DNA of 40,334 nucleotides from positions 1 to 40,334 of the forward strand of contig CAZDTO010000001.1 of assembly GCA_964508395.1 (NCBI GenBank), read 5' to 3'. Shown in pieces: positions 23,399 through 31,601 of the stretch; the stretch's first letter is position 1, and each line of letters opens with the position of its first letter. Made by a program: the position numbers and the translations under genes. Below the pieces are notes generated by a model. The model searched no databases. It worked only from the letters and a program-made list of their open reading frames with translations, and was not told the DNA's origin. This stretch comes from an uncultured Gammaproteobacteria bacterium (lineage in GTDB: Bacteria > Patescibacteriota > Microgenomatia > Levybacterales > UBA12049).

Positions 23399-24052
23399 AT
23401 GGATAACAGCAGATATTCATTCTACAATTTTACGGAAACTCCTTTTGAAGGACGCTTTGGCGGACAACCTTATGTCTTTGCCCCTGGAGAAACAAAAGAA
23501 TTTGACCCTGATAAACATCACATGCTCCATATCTTGGCTAAACAGTTGGCAGACCGTGAACTGGCCAAAGGTGTAAAGGGAATTTTAAGAACTAAAGAAG
23601 CGGGCAATGACTACGGCAAGGCCATAGATGCTAACGGAAACCTCTACAAACCTACCATTGAAGACCGCAAGGCTCTTATGCGAAAAAGTATAGGCGAGCT
23701 TGCTGATAAAGCAATTCCTTATCCAGTCCAGGAAGAACCTGAGGCAGGAGCAACTAAGGAGACGACAGAGGACATAGCAGAGTTGAAGGAGACGGTAAAG
23801 AGCCTAATGGAGATGGTACAGGGTCTGACAAATCAGTTGGGGGCAGTAAAACAACCCACTGTGCCCGTTAATTCGCCTATAGGGAATGGGCAACCACCTG
23901 TGGAAGCTGTAGAACCTTCCAGCACAGGAGTTACGAGGGATGTACTTTCAGAGATGTTAAAAGAAAAAGGTATTACTCCGCCTGAAAATGCAAGCAAAGA
24001 ACAACTCATACGATTATTCGAGAATAGGGGTTCAGTACAAACAGCAGTTTAA
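23399..24052 (+). CDS. hypothetical protein with C-terminal HeH/SAP-like motif
   Basis: Track ORF. LSEMLKEKGITPPENASKEQLIRLFE resembles an HeH (Rho-N/SAP-like) motif. Confidence 0.45.
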   Translation: MDNSRYSFYNFTETPFEGRFGGQPYVFAPGETKEFDPDKHHMLHILAKQLADRELAKGVKGILRTKEAGNDYGKAIDANGNLYKPTIEDRKALMRKSIGELADKAIPYPVQEEPEAGATKETTEDIAELKETVKSLMEMVQGLTNQLGAVKQPTVPVNSPIGNGQPPVEAVEPSSTGVTRDVLSEMLKEKGITPPENASKEQLIRLFENRGSVQTAV

Positions 24053-24466
24053 TTCGTAATCTGATCTGAGAGGAAACTCTCTACGAGTATGGCGGCCGCC
24101 GTCTCACCTTTCAGATCAGGCTAGGAATGGCTTGAGATGGAGCAAGACACCTACAGGCACTCTTTTCCTCGTAAGAGGTTCGGCGAATAAAAAGAGATAA
24201 CAGTAGGACGTACACTAACTCATTCAGACGCATCTATTAGAAACGCTTGACTCTCTCAAGAACAAACAAGGGAGTAGGAGGACTAAGGATGAATGCGGAG
24301 AATAGATTAGGAACGGAAGGTGAGATCAACTACTCGTACCCTAGTACCCCGAGAGGGGGAAATAAGGGAAGGATTAAACACGCAATTTGACAATCTAAAA
24401 TCGTTTGACATTCACGCAAGAGTCAAAGTCTTCTCTATCGGGTAGAAGATGGAGACTCTTTTTTTG
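24053..24466 (+). ncRNA. candidate large structured RNA (family not recognised), ending in an intrinsic terminator
   Basis: No ORF of 60 aa or more on either strand. Three GNRA-capped hairpins on the + strand only (gagag-GAAA-ctctc 24068-24081, cctc-GTAA-gagg 24167-24178, cccc-GAGA-gggg 24347-24358). Nested long-range helices tacgagta/tactcgta and tctcacc/ggtgaga. See findings. Confidence 0.45.
24418..24466 (+). terminator. intrinsic terminator
   Basis: aagagtc (24418-24424) pairs with gactctt (24454-24460). Inner stem tcttct (24429-24434) pairs with agaaga (24444-24449). T-run to 24466. Confidence 0.65.
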
Positions 24467-24487
24467 GTAAAGAGGCACATTGAAAAA

Positions 24488-24730
24488 TTAAAGACCGTTT
24501 CGATGAAGACAGAAATTATATTTATCTTTTGCACGTTTGGTAAACCAGTCAATGTCAACTTGGCGTATTAAACCATCCTTGTCTGTGTCTTTACGGTTGA
24601 ATGACCTCTCAAAGTAATCGTCAGCCTCTGTTTGACACGAGGCTTTTATTTGAGAAGGTCTTAATTGAAACCAATAAATGAGTAGAAAAATGATTAGTGT
24701 AATCGAAGCAATAATTATTTTTTTGTTCAT
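24488..24730 (-). CDS. small membrane-anchored protein (antisense moron)
   Basis: Track ORF. N-terminal helix IIIASITLIIFLLIYWF, with two Cys in the soluble part. Confidence 0.5.
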   Translation of the reverse strand: MNKKIIIASITLIIFLLIYWFQLRPSQIKASCQTEADDYFERSFNRKDTDKDGLIRQVDIDWFTKRAKDKYNFCLHRNGL

Positions 24731-24975
24731 TTAATTAAGTGTTTTTTGAAAAAAGTCAAGGGTTTATCGAGAGGAAAAAATTTGATAGTGATTACTAAAG
24801 AAATGGTATAGGAAATAAAAACAGCATAAGGATAAGTATTGGAAGGAAAAAAATCATCGTGATTTTTTAAACGAAGAAACTCAAGTAGATAAGCGACAAA
24901 AATAGTTCCAACATAAAATATGGGAATTGAAAAAATAACTGATAAGAAAAAATAATGACGAATTTTTCTGAACAT
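24727..24975 (-). CDS. small integral membrane protein, about 2-3 TM helices (antisense moron)
   Basis: Track ORF. FFLSVIFSIPIFYVGTIFVAYLL and YAVFISYTISLVITIKFF. ATGA-type overlap with the downstream minus-strand ORF. Confidence 0.5.
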   Translation of the reverse strand: MFRKIRHYFFLSVIFSIPIFYVGTIFVAYLLEFLRLKNHDDFFPSNTYPYAVFISYTISLVITIKFFPLDKPLTFFKKHLIK

Positions 24976-25018
24976 GACAAAAGAATAATAGCATAAATAA
25001 ATAAAATTATCTAATAAT

Positions 25019-26224
25019 ATGGGTATTTTACAAAGTGCAATAAGATGGTTAAAAACAGGAGGAGAAGGCCCTATTGCTAGACAGGTACAACAGGCCTTAC
25101 CAAAAACCTACTCACAGAGTAGTCCAATATTGAATTATCTTAAAGTACCGCAAGCTCAAGCAGCAGCACCTGCTCCAACCAAACCGCCCCAGCAAAGGAT
25201 TATCTCTGATGCGGCAGATCAGGCAAGACTTCGAGAGTGGGAAGCTGCAAATGCCGCAAGAGCCAGAACAACTCCTACAGACGGTGGCGGGCAATCTCAG
25301 CCAGAATCCCAGCGGCAACAGGAGCAAGGGCCTAGCGACTATGACAGGGGTTTTGATCTTGCCGAAGATAAAAGGAGAGTGGCAGAAGAAGCGGCAAACC
25401 AGAGAGTCAGAAGATACGGAGAGGTTATTACTCCACTTACAGGTGATATTGAGTCTTATCTTAGGGGAAGGCCCGATCTTAACCAACTCTTTAGAGAGCA
25501 GCTTGCAGAGCAGGGTGTGCCAGGCAGAGAGTCTACATTAAGAGGATTTGAGAAAGACGTAACCAATTTACAAGGGCAATTAGAAACTGTCCCCACAGAG
25601 GACATTCAAAGAAGAAAGGAAACAGGCATGCTAACCGCAGCAGCCGAGCGAAGAATTAGATCAATGGAAGAACGGCCTATCAGGGAGCAGCTTTTGAAGA
25701 CTCAGGGCGCGGTAAGTTCGGAGAGGATAGGACTGCAAAGAGCGTATGACCTGGTAGATAAGATGCTGGATATAACACGGGAGCAGGAGAAAAGAGGATT
25801 AGAGCCTTTGACAACCCGACTGGAAGCGGCCAGAGGAGAATTTGCCAATGAGGTTGACGCTTTGGCTCAAAGACTGACAGGGTTTAATCAAGCCAGAACA
25901 GACCAGTTATCAATACTTAAACAGAAAATAGCAAATGACCAGGCATTAAGTTTGCAGGAACAAAAAGCAGCAGATGAACTTATAAAGCAAGAGGCTGCGC
26001 ACTTACTCGAAATGGAGAGAATAGCAGCCAGGAAAAAGGGAGGGGATTTCACTTTTGATGAGAATGATACAGCCGCCAAAATAGTGGAAGCAGAAACGAG
26101 AATACTGGATGGAGAACTAACAGCCCAACAATTCCAAGATGAATATGATTTTAGTTTTGAGACTATGCAAAAGATACTAAAAGATTATGCGGTGAGCTTT
26201 AGACAAACATCGGATACGCACTAA
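25019..26224 (+). CDS. hypothetical coiled-coil virion/assembly protein
   Basis: Track ORF of 401 aa. Gln/Glu/Arg-rich helical sequence. Confidence 0.5.
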   Translation: MGILQSAIRWLKTGGEGPIARQVQQALPKTYSQSSPILNYLKVPQAQAAAPAPTKPPQQRIISDAADQARLREWEAANAARARTTPTDGGGQSQPESQRQQEQGPSDYDRGFDLAEDKRRVAEEAANQRVRRYGEVITPLTGDIESYLRGRPDLNQLFREQLAEQGVPGRESTLRGFEKDVTNLQGQLETVPTEDIQRRKETGMLTAAAERRIRSMEERPIREQLLKTQGAVSSERIGLQRAYDLVDKMLDITREQEKRGLEPLTTRLEAARGEFANEVDALAQRLTGFNQARTDQLSILKQKIANDQALSLQEQKAADELIKQEAAHLLEMERIAARKKGGDFTFDENDTAAKIVEAETRILDGELTAQQFQDEYDFSFETMQKILKDYAVSFRQTSDTH

Positions 26225-26275
26225 ATATGACTAAAGATGATAATGGAGCAATATTTATAAAGAAAGGATATTACT

Positions 26276-26434
26276 GTGCCTGAATTTAGCAAATATCCAT
26301 CAGAATCAAGCGAAGATTTTGCCGAAAGAATGAAACGGAAGGGCAAGGGGGGCGGTCTGGTCAAGGCTGCGGGCAGGTTTTTGCAGACCGCCAGAGAAAA
26401 GGATCAAAAGAAAGGAATTATAAGAAACTACTAA
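26276..26434 (+). CDS. hypothetical small basic protein (52 aa, GTG start)
   Basis: Hand-translated VPEFSKYPSESSEDFAERMKRKGKGGGLVKAAGRFLQTAREKDQKKGIIRNY. Fills the gap before 26436. Confidence 0.25.
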   Translation: MPEFSKYPSESSEDFAERMKRKGKGGGLVKAAGRFLQTAREKDQKKGIIRNY

Positions 26435-26435
26435 T

Positions 26436-26969
26436 ATGCCAGTAAGATCAAGGTCAACACATGGAGCTTATGCGGCCGAGGAGATGGTCTATGAAAACTT
26501 TTCCAGGCCTGCCAATACTACTGCTTATGCAGCAGGGGACGCTGTTACCGACTCTACTTCTGCTCCAACTGTAATCACCTTTTCAGAGTGTGCAAGGGAA
26601 GCGGCTGGATCGGGGACAATTATTTCGATCACTATGCTAGACTCCGCCAACCAGTCAACCAAGGGATCGTTCGAGCTGTGGCTTTTCGACACTACGTTTA
26701 CCCCTGACAACGACAATGCAGTCTTTACCCCGACAGATGCAGAGTTAAGGACACTTCTACCTAATGGGGTTATTCCTTTAACTTTGACTTATGTGGGCGA
26801 TGCTACCTCTGGCGCTGGTGGTAATGCTGTCTATACATCTGAGGTCAGGATTCCTTTTGTTTGCGCTTCAGGCTCAAGGGATTTATACGGAGGTATCGTT
26901 GTTAGAAATGCTTATACTCCAGTCTCAGCAGAAAGGTTTGACTTTACTTTAGGAATTTTGCAAAGGTAA
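26436..26969 (+). CDS. hypothetical structural protein
   Basis: Track ORF in the structural block. Confidence 0.5.
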   Translation: MPVRSRSTHGAYAAEEMVYENFSRPANTTAYAAGDAVTDSTSAPTVITFSECAREAAGSGTIISITMLDSANQSTKGSFELWLFDTTFTPDNDNAVFTPTDAELRTLLPNGVIPLTLTYVGDATSGAGGNAVYTSEVRIPFVCASGSRDLYGGIVVRNAYTPVSAERFDFTLGILQR

Positions 26970-26979
26970 AAAACTATGT

Positions 26980-28317
26980 ATGGACAATTATTTATTAAAA
27001 AAAGCCACATTCTTGCCTACAGACTTGGCTGGGCTTCAGCTTTGGCTTGCCGCAGATCACGCCACTTCAACTCGTGAGGCAGGAATGGCTGCTCAATTTA
27101 CAGCAGCCACTTCCGAATATTTAAGTAATAGCGGAACTGCTGCTTTAAGAGGACAAACAGGAACTGGAGGATGGTGGAGAGCTGGCTGGATTTATCTGGA
27201 TACGGCAGCAGCCATGACTATACAATCTTGTCTTGGCACGAATGTTGGATATCTTTTGAGTGTAAACGCTACTCCAGCATTAGTATTGGAAGCAGGAAAC
27301 GGCACCACTACTTCAACCGCGACTCATGGGTCAACACTTTCTACTGCAACTTGGTATTTTTTCTACGCTTATTATGATGGTACAAATATTGGCATCTCAT
27401 TAAACGATGGAGCTGATACCACTACAGCCTTATCTACCTACTCTCCAGGATCTACCGCTTGGAATATGGGAGCATTAGTTACCCCAGGAACTTATTTTAA
27501 CGGAAGAATGCAAGTGCATTTTGGCGGTGATGGGACTTTAACGGCAGCTCAGAGGACAGCTCTTTATAACTCAGGCACACCCTTAGCTTACGACCAGATT
27601 GATCCGCTTGTAAGAAATGTCTTGGGTTTTTTTTATGAACTCAATGAGCCTTCCAGCACAAGAGCAGATTTAGCAGGGACTAATAACCTGACTGATAATA
27701 ATACAGTTACCACCAATCCTGGGACTGTTTTGAATGCTATTGGGACTTGGCGTGATCTTTCAGGATTGGGAAATAATGCAACACAAAGCACCCAAGCAAA
27801 GAAACCAGGATATAGGACAAATACGCTGAATGGAAAACCAATAATACGTTTTGATGGAACAGACGATGTATTAATAACGACTACGGCAAGTATCAGTCAG
27901 CCATTTACAATTTTTTTAGTTTACATCCAAAGAGCATGGGTTGGAGGCAGTAGATTGATAGATGCTGGCGGTGGAGTAGGATTTATTATACGCCAACGGG
28001 GCAATTCCCCGCAGATTGAATTTTACGCAGGAACATCAGATGAGATGACTTTGGCGGGGGCAACGATTGATGCTGGAGGAATATTCGCTGGTATTTGTGA
28101 CGGAGCAGATTCACTTCACTTTGAAAGCGGAGGATCACCTGACACGGGCAATCCGGGAACGCAATCTCTAGGAAGCAGTATGGAGATTTCATCAAACACA
28201 ACTGTTTGTCAGGTTGATTTTGCCGAAGTTATCGTCTATAACCGCAGACTAAATTCTATGGAACGAGTCAGGGTGGAAAGATACTTGAGCCAAAAATACG
28301 GGATTTCAATAACTTGA
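26980..28317 (+). CDS. LamG/concanavalin-like lectin-fold protein (receptor-binding candidate)
   Basis: ATWYFFYAYYDGTNIGISLNDG and FTIFLVYIQRAW...FAEVIVYNRRL resemble the two jelly-roll signatures of Laminin_G_3-type domains. Confidence 0.45.
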   Translation: MDNYLLKKATFLPTDLAGLQLWLAADHATSTREAGMAAQFTAATSEYLSNSGTAALRGQTGTGGWWRAGWIYLDTAAAMTIQSCLGTNVGYLLSVNATPALVLEAGNGTTTSTATHGSTLSTATWYFFYAYYDGTNIGISLNDGADTTTALSTYSPGSTAWNMGALVTPGTYFNGRMQVHFGGDGTLTAAQRTALYNSGTPLAYDQIDPLVRNVLGFFYELNEPSSTRADLAGTNNLTDNNTVTTNPGTVLNAIGTWRDLSGLGNNATQSTQAKKPGYRTNTLNGKPIIRFDGTDDVLITTTASISQPFTIFLVYIQRAWVGGSRLIDAGGGVGFIIRQRGNSPQIEFYAGTSDEMTLAGATIDAGGIFAGICDGADSLHFESGGSPDTGNPGTQSLGSSMEISSNTTVCQVDFAEVIVYNRRLNSMERVRVERYLSQKYGISIT

Positions 28318-28318
28318 T

Positions 28319-28603
28319 ATGGATAAATTAACCCTAGATAAAATAATCTCGGAACAAGAAGATTACTTCAATAAAGAAATAATTGATTCCGAAGGGAATA
28401 TCAAAACAAAGGGGCAATATAATCAAATTCTTCAAAGTGAGGGATTGGGATATTGGGTTGATATTTATGATGGGAATGAAGGTAAGGGTTTTGTAATCAT
28501 AGAAGAAAAAACAGAAAATGGGACAATTTACAGAAAAGCAACCAATTTTGGCAACGAAGAATATAGGAATTATGATTGGACAGAGATTAAGGAGGTAAAA
28601 TAA
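28319..28603 (+). CDS. hypothetical protein
   Basis: Track ORF. Confidence 0.45.
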   Translation: MDKLTLDKIISEQEDYFNKEIIDSEGNIKTKGQYNQILQSEGLGYWVDIYDGNEGKGFVIIEEKTENGTIYRKATNFGNEEYRNYDWTEIKEVK

Positions 28604-28604
28604 T

Positions 28605-29780
28605 ATGGCGACAACCTACCCAGTGTCTTTGCAAGATTTGGACAGCACACGTGGGACTGCTAATCAGGCTCTTACTTCACCGAACCATGTTACTCACCAT
28701 GCCTTAGAAGATGACACAATCGAGGCGCTACAAACAAAAGTAGGCATAGATAGCTCGGCAGTTGCCACGTCTCTTGACTATCTTGTCAAAAATACCAACT
28801 CCAACGCTGTTACTTATAGCGGCAATATCAAGCTGACGGGCAACCCCCAGTTTACTAATGGTTTATATGACACTAACGGCAACGAGGAGCTAAAAATTGT
28901 AACAACCGCCAGTGCTGTCAACGAATTGCAGCTTACTAATGCTGCTACTGCTAACAATCCACTTTTAGAGACTACAGGTGGCGACACAAATATCGGATTG
29001 GATATCTCAACAAAAGGCACTGGCACAATGACCTTATGGTCGGGAGCGAAGGGACGGGAACTTTTGGTCCTAGTCAATGTAGCTTCGGCTGTAAATCAAT
29101 TTCAAATCTCCCCTTCCGCTACAGGAGCTAACCCGATATTGGAGGCAACAGGCGGGGATACAAATATAGGACTGGATATTACCCCTAAAGGCACAGGCAA
29201 GTTAAGACTAACTGCGGGAGACTATGATTTAGTAGCTGCTACTGCGAACATTCAGGTTGCGGGCGCTGATCCAGTCAGAGGAATGTACATACCAGCTTCG
29301 GGATTAACAGCAGCAACAACCAATGGTGCAGCTTTGGGAACAATAGAAACTACAACAAACAAGGTAGTTGCAGCGGTAAAGGACTTTGACCAGACCACCC
29401 AGGAATTTGTTGCTCTTGCCATTCAATCTCCCATTTGGTGGAATGCCTCAACAATAACAGTACAGTTTATCTGGACGGCAGCTTCGGGAACAGGTGCGGT
29501 AGTTTGGGCTGCGCAAGGTGTAGCCTTCTCAGATGACGATGCTATGGATACTGCCTATGGAACGGAACAAACTGCAACTGACACTTTAATTACTGCCAAT
29601 GATTCTCATGCTGCACCTGTTACTGCCGCAATCACAATCGCAGGAACGCCAGTCGCAGGAGACTTGGTTTGCTTACGATTTAAGCGTAATCCTGCCGATG
29701 CGGGAGATACCCTAAATGCCGATGCAAGACTTATCGCGGTTCGGGTGAGGTGGACGATGGCACAATATGATGATCAATAA
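28605..29780 (+). CDS. tail fibre-like protein with internal ~57 aa tandem repeat
   Basis: NELQLTNAATANNPLLETTGGDTNIGLDISTKGTGTMTL is repeated as NQFQISPSATGANPILEATGGDTNIGLDITPKGTGKLRL. Confidence 0.55.
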   Translation: MATTYPVSLQDLDSTRGTANQALTSPNHVTHHALEDDTIEALQTKVGIDSSAVATSLDYLVKNTNSNAVTYSGNIKLTGNPQFTNGLYDTNGNEELKIVTTASAVNELQLTNAATANNPLLETTGGDTNIGLDISTKGTGTMTLWSGAKGRELLVLVNVASAVNQFQISPSATGANPILEATGGDTNIGLDITPKGTGKLRLTAGDYDLVAATANIQVAGADPVRGMYIPASGLTAATTNGAALGTIETTTNKVVAAVKDFDQTTQEFVALAIQSPIWWNASTITVQFIWTAASGTGAVVWAAQGVAFSDDDAMDTAYGTEQTATDTLITANDSHAAPVTAAITIAGTPVAGDLVCLRFKRNPADAGDTLNADARLIAVRVRWTMAQYDDQ

Positions 29781-29785
29781 AAAAT

Positions 29786-30655
29786 ATGGCTAATATAACA
29801 GCAAAACTGTTGGTTGTTGGCGGAGGAGGATCGGGGGGTTCAGGAGCAGTAAATTCCCGCGGTGCTGGAGGCGGCGGAGCAGGCGAACATTATTATAACG
29901 CCGCCTATACATTCGCCGAAGGTAGTTACTCTGCAACTGTCGGAGCAGGAGGAGTTGCTCCTGCTGCGGGGAATCGGGGAGCAAACGGAGCAAATTCTGT
30001 CTTCAATGACAAAACAGCCCAAGGCGGAAATGGAGGAGGGATAGAAGGAGCAGACGCAAATAATTCTACAGGTTCAGGGGGAGGAGGATACGGAGGCGGA
30101 GTTGGCGCAGCAAGCTCTAACGCATCAGGCGGTTCAGTAAACGCAGGCGGAAATGGACTTTCCGATGATCCCAATAATTCTCCAGGAGGAGGGGGAGGAG
30201 GATCAGGTGCGGTGGGAACAAACGCATCAGCAAACCAAGGCGGGGCTGGGGGTGCAGGAACAGCTAACGATATTACAGGTTCATCGGTAACTCGTGCAGG
30301 AGGAGGAGGAGGGGGACTTCTTGATGTAGCAGCAGCAGGAACACCAGGTGCGGGCGGTTCGGGCGGAGGCGGGGCTGGGGGTCAAGATGACCCCCCAACA
30401 GATGCTACCGCAGGAACAGCTAATACTGGTTCTGGTGGAGGAGGAGGAACAAATTCAAGTTCGGCAGCAGCTCTCGGTGGAAACGGAGGCTCTGGCGTTG
30501 TAATTTTAAGTTATGTAACTGCTGATTATTCAGGTTGGACTATAACAGGCGGGACAATAACAACAAGCGGAGCAAATACCATTCATACATTTAACAGTAA
30601 CGGGACATTTGTGGCTACATCACCAGAAGGAGGATTACCTTTTATAGGTTACTAA
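29786..30655 (+). CDS. glycine-rich fibre/receptor-binding protein
   Basis: LLVVGGGGSGGSG...GGGGAGE and many GGxGG runs, as in phage glycine-rich tail-fibre domains. Confidence 0.5.
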   Translation: MANITAKLLVVGGGGSGGSGAVNSRGAGGGGAGEHYYNAAYTFAEGSYSATVGAGGVAPAAGNRGANGANSVFNDKTAQGGNGGGIEGADANNSTGSGGGGYGGGVGAASSNASGGSVNAGGNGLSDDPNNSPGGGGGGSGAVGTNASANQGGAGGAGTANDITGSSVTRAGGGGGGLLDVAAAGTPGAGGSGGGGAGGQDDPPTDATAGTANTGSGGGGGTNSSSAAALGGNGGSGVVILSYVTADYSGWTITGGTITTSGANTIHTFNSNGTFVATSPEGGLPFIGY

Positions 30656-30656
30656 T

Positions 30657-31598
30657 ATGGCTTTAACATTTAATAATTTATTCGTAAATTATCAAGATCA
30701 TACAGGCGACACAACAGCTACCAATTTAACTATTGGGAAAAACAGGATCAATGATACTCATATGGAGCTTTTGGCAATGCACGATTACTACTTTGCGGAG
30801 ACCAGCGCAAACTTCACCACAGGAGCTAATGATTATACCTATGACCTGCCCTATGACTTCGGCAGGATGGTTGCGGTAACAATCAGGGTAGATGACATAA
30901 CTTATCATTTAGAGGAAGTTTCCTCGCACGAGAAATGGCAGCAGTTGCATATGTACAGAGCTACTGAAACCGATGACATTCCTTTGGCTTACCATGTTAC
31001 GGGAGACAGGATAGAGATATATCCTATTCCCGTTGCTGCTGGAACTACCAATTACGGCACTTTCTACTATGTCAAAAGGGTGGTGGCTATGTCGGAGGAC
31101 GACTATACGACAGGCACGGCTACAGCCACTAATGCCTCTACTGCGGTAACAGGGGCAAGTTCGGTCTGGACAGATGCTTTTGTCGGTAGGTTCTTTAAGA
31201 TTAACGCTGACAAGAGGTGGTATGAAATTTCCGCAAGAACATCTAATACCGCCATAACGCTTAAAAAATCCTTTCAAGGCACAACAGCCTCGGCAGCAGC
31301 TTATACCATTGGCGAGATGCCACTAATTCCAGAGGATTATCACAACCTCTTGTATTACCAGCCTGTAGCTCAATACTGGATGCTTAAAAAGGAGCTAGAA
31401 CAGGCGGGGTATTATCAGGGAATGTACGACAAAGGCAAGAAGGAGTTTTTTAACGCCTACGCCAACCGCACCAGAAGCCAGATTATATTAGGCAGAGTGA
31501 GCCATCCTAACCGCACTTTGACAGCATATGGATCTCCACGATGGACAGAACCTAGCTTGGAATGGGCGGATGATGACGGAGGGAGTTGGACTGGTTAA
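30657..31598 (+). CDS. hypothetical structural protein
   Basis: Track ORF in the structural block. Confidence 0.5.
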   Translation: MALTFNNLFVNYQDHTGDTTATNLTIGKNRINDTHMELLAMHDYYFAETSANFTTGANDYTYDLPYDFGRMVAVTIRVDDITYHLEEVSSHEKWQQLHMYRATETDDIPLAYHVTGDRIEIYPIPVAAGTTNYGTFYYVKRVVAMSEDDYTTGTATATNASTAVTGASSVWTDAFVGRFFKINADKRWYEISARTSNTAITLKKSFQGTTASAAAYTIGEMPLIPEDYHNLLYYQPVAQYWMLKKELEQAGYYQGMYDKGKKEFFNAYANRTRSQIILGRVSHPNRTLTAYGSPRWTEPSLEWADDDGGSWTG

Positions 31599-31601
31599 AT
31601 T

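Noticed and set aside
24061-24081. Hammerhead-like string ctgatctgagaggaaac (cf. CUGAUGAG...CGAAAC). tmRNA, RNase P, group I intron and tRNA were also considered for 24053-24466.
   Set aside because: There is no stem II between the boxes and the core is not exact. There is no GGTTCGA-type T-loop, no tag reading frame with an acceptor stem, and no GAGGAAAGUCC P4 element. The upstream ORF ends at a genuine stop, with no downstream exon on the same strand.
24087-24288. 11-nt GAAA tetraloop receptor (UAUGG ... CCUAAG) within the RNA candidate.
   Set aside because: tatgg is present (24087-24091), but the partner reads actaag rather than cctaag, and helical context cannot be verified by eye. The evidence is too weak to claim.
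28900-29260. Diversity-generating retroelement (TR/VR) in the fibre-gene repeats.
   Set aside because: No reverse transcriptase is present anywhere in the window. The two repeat copies differ at all base types, not specifically at adenines.
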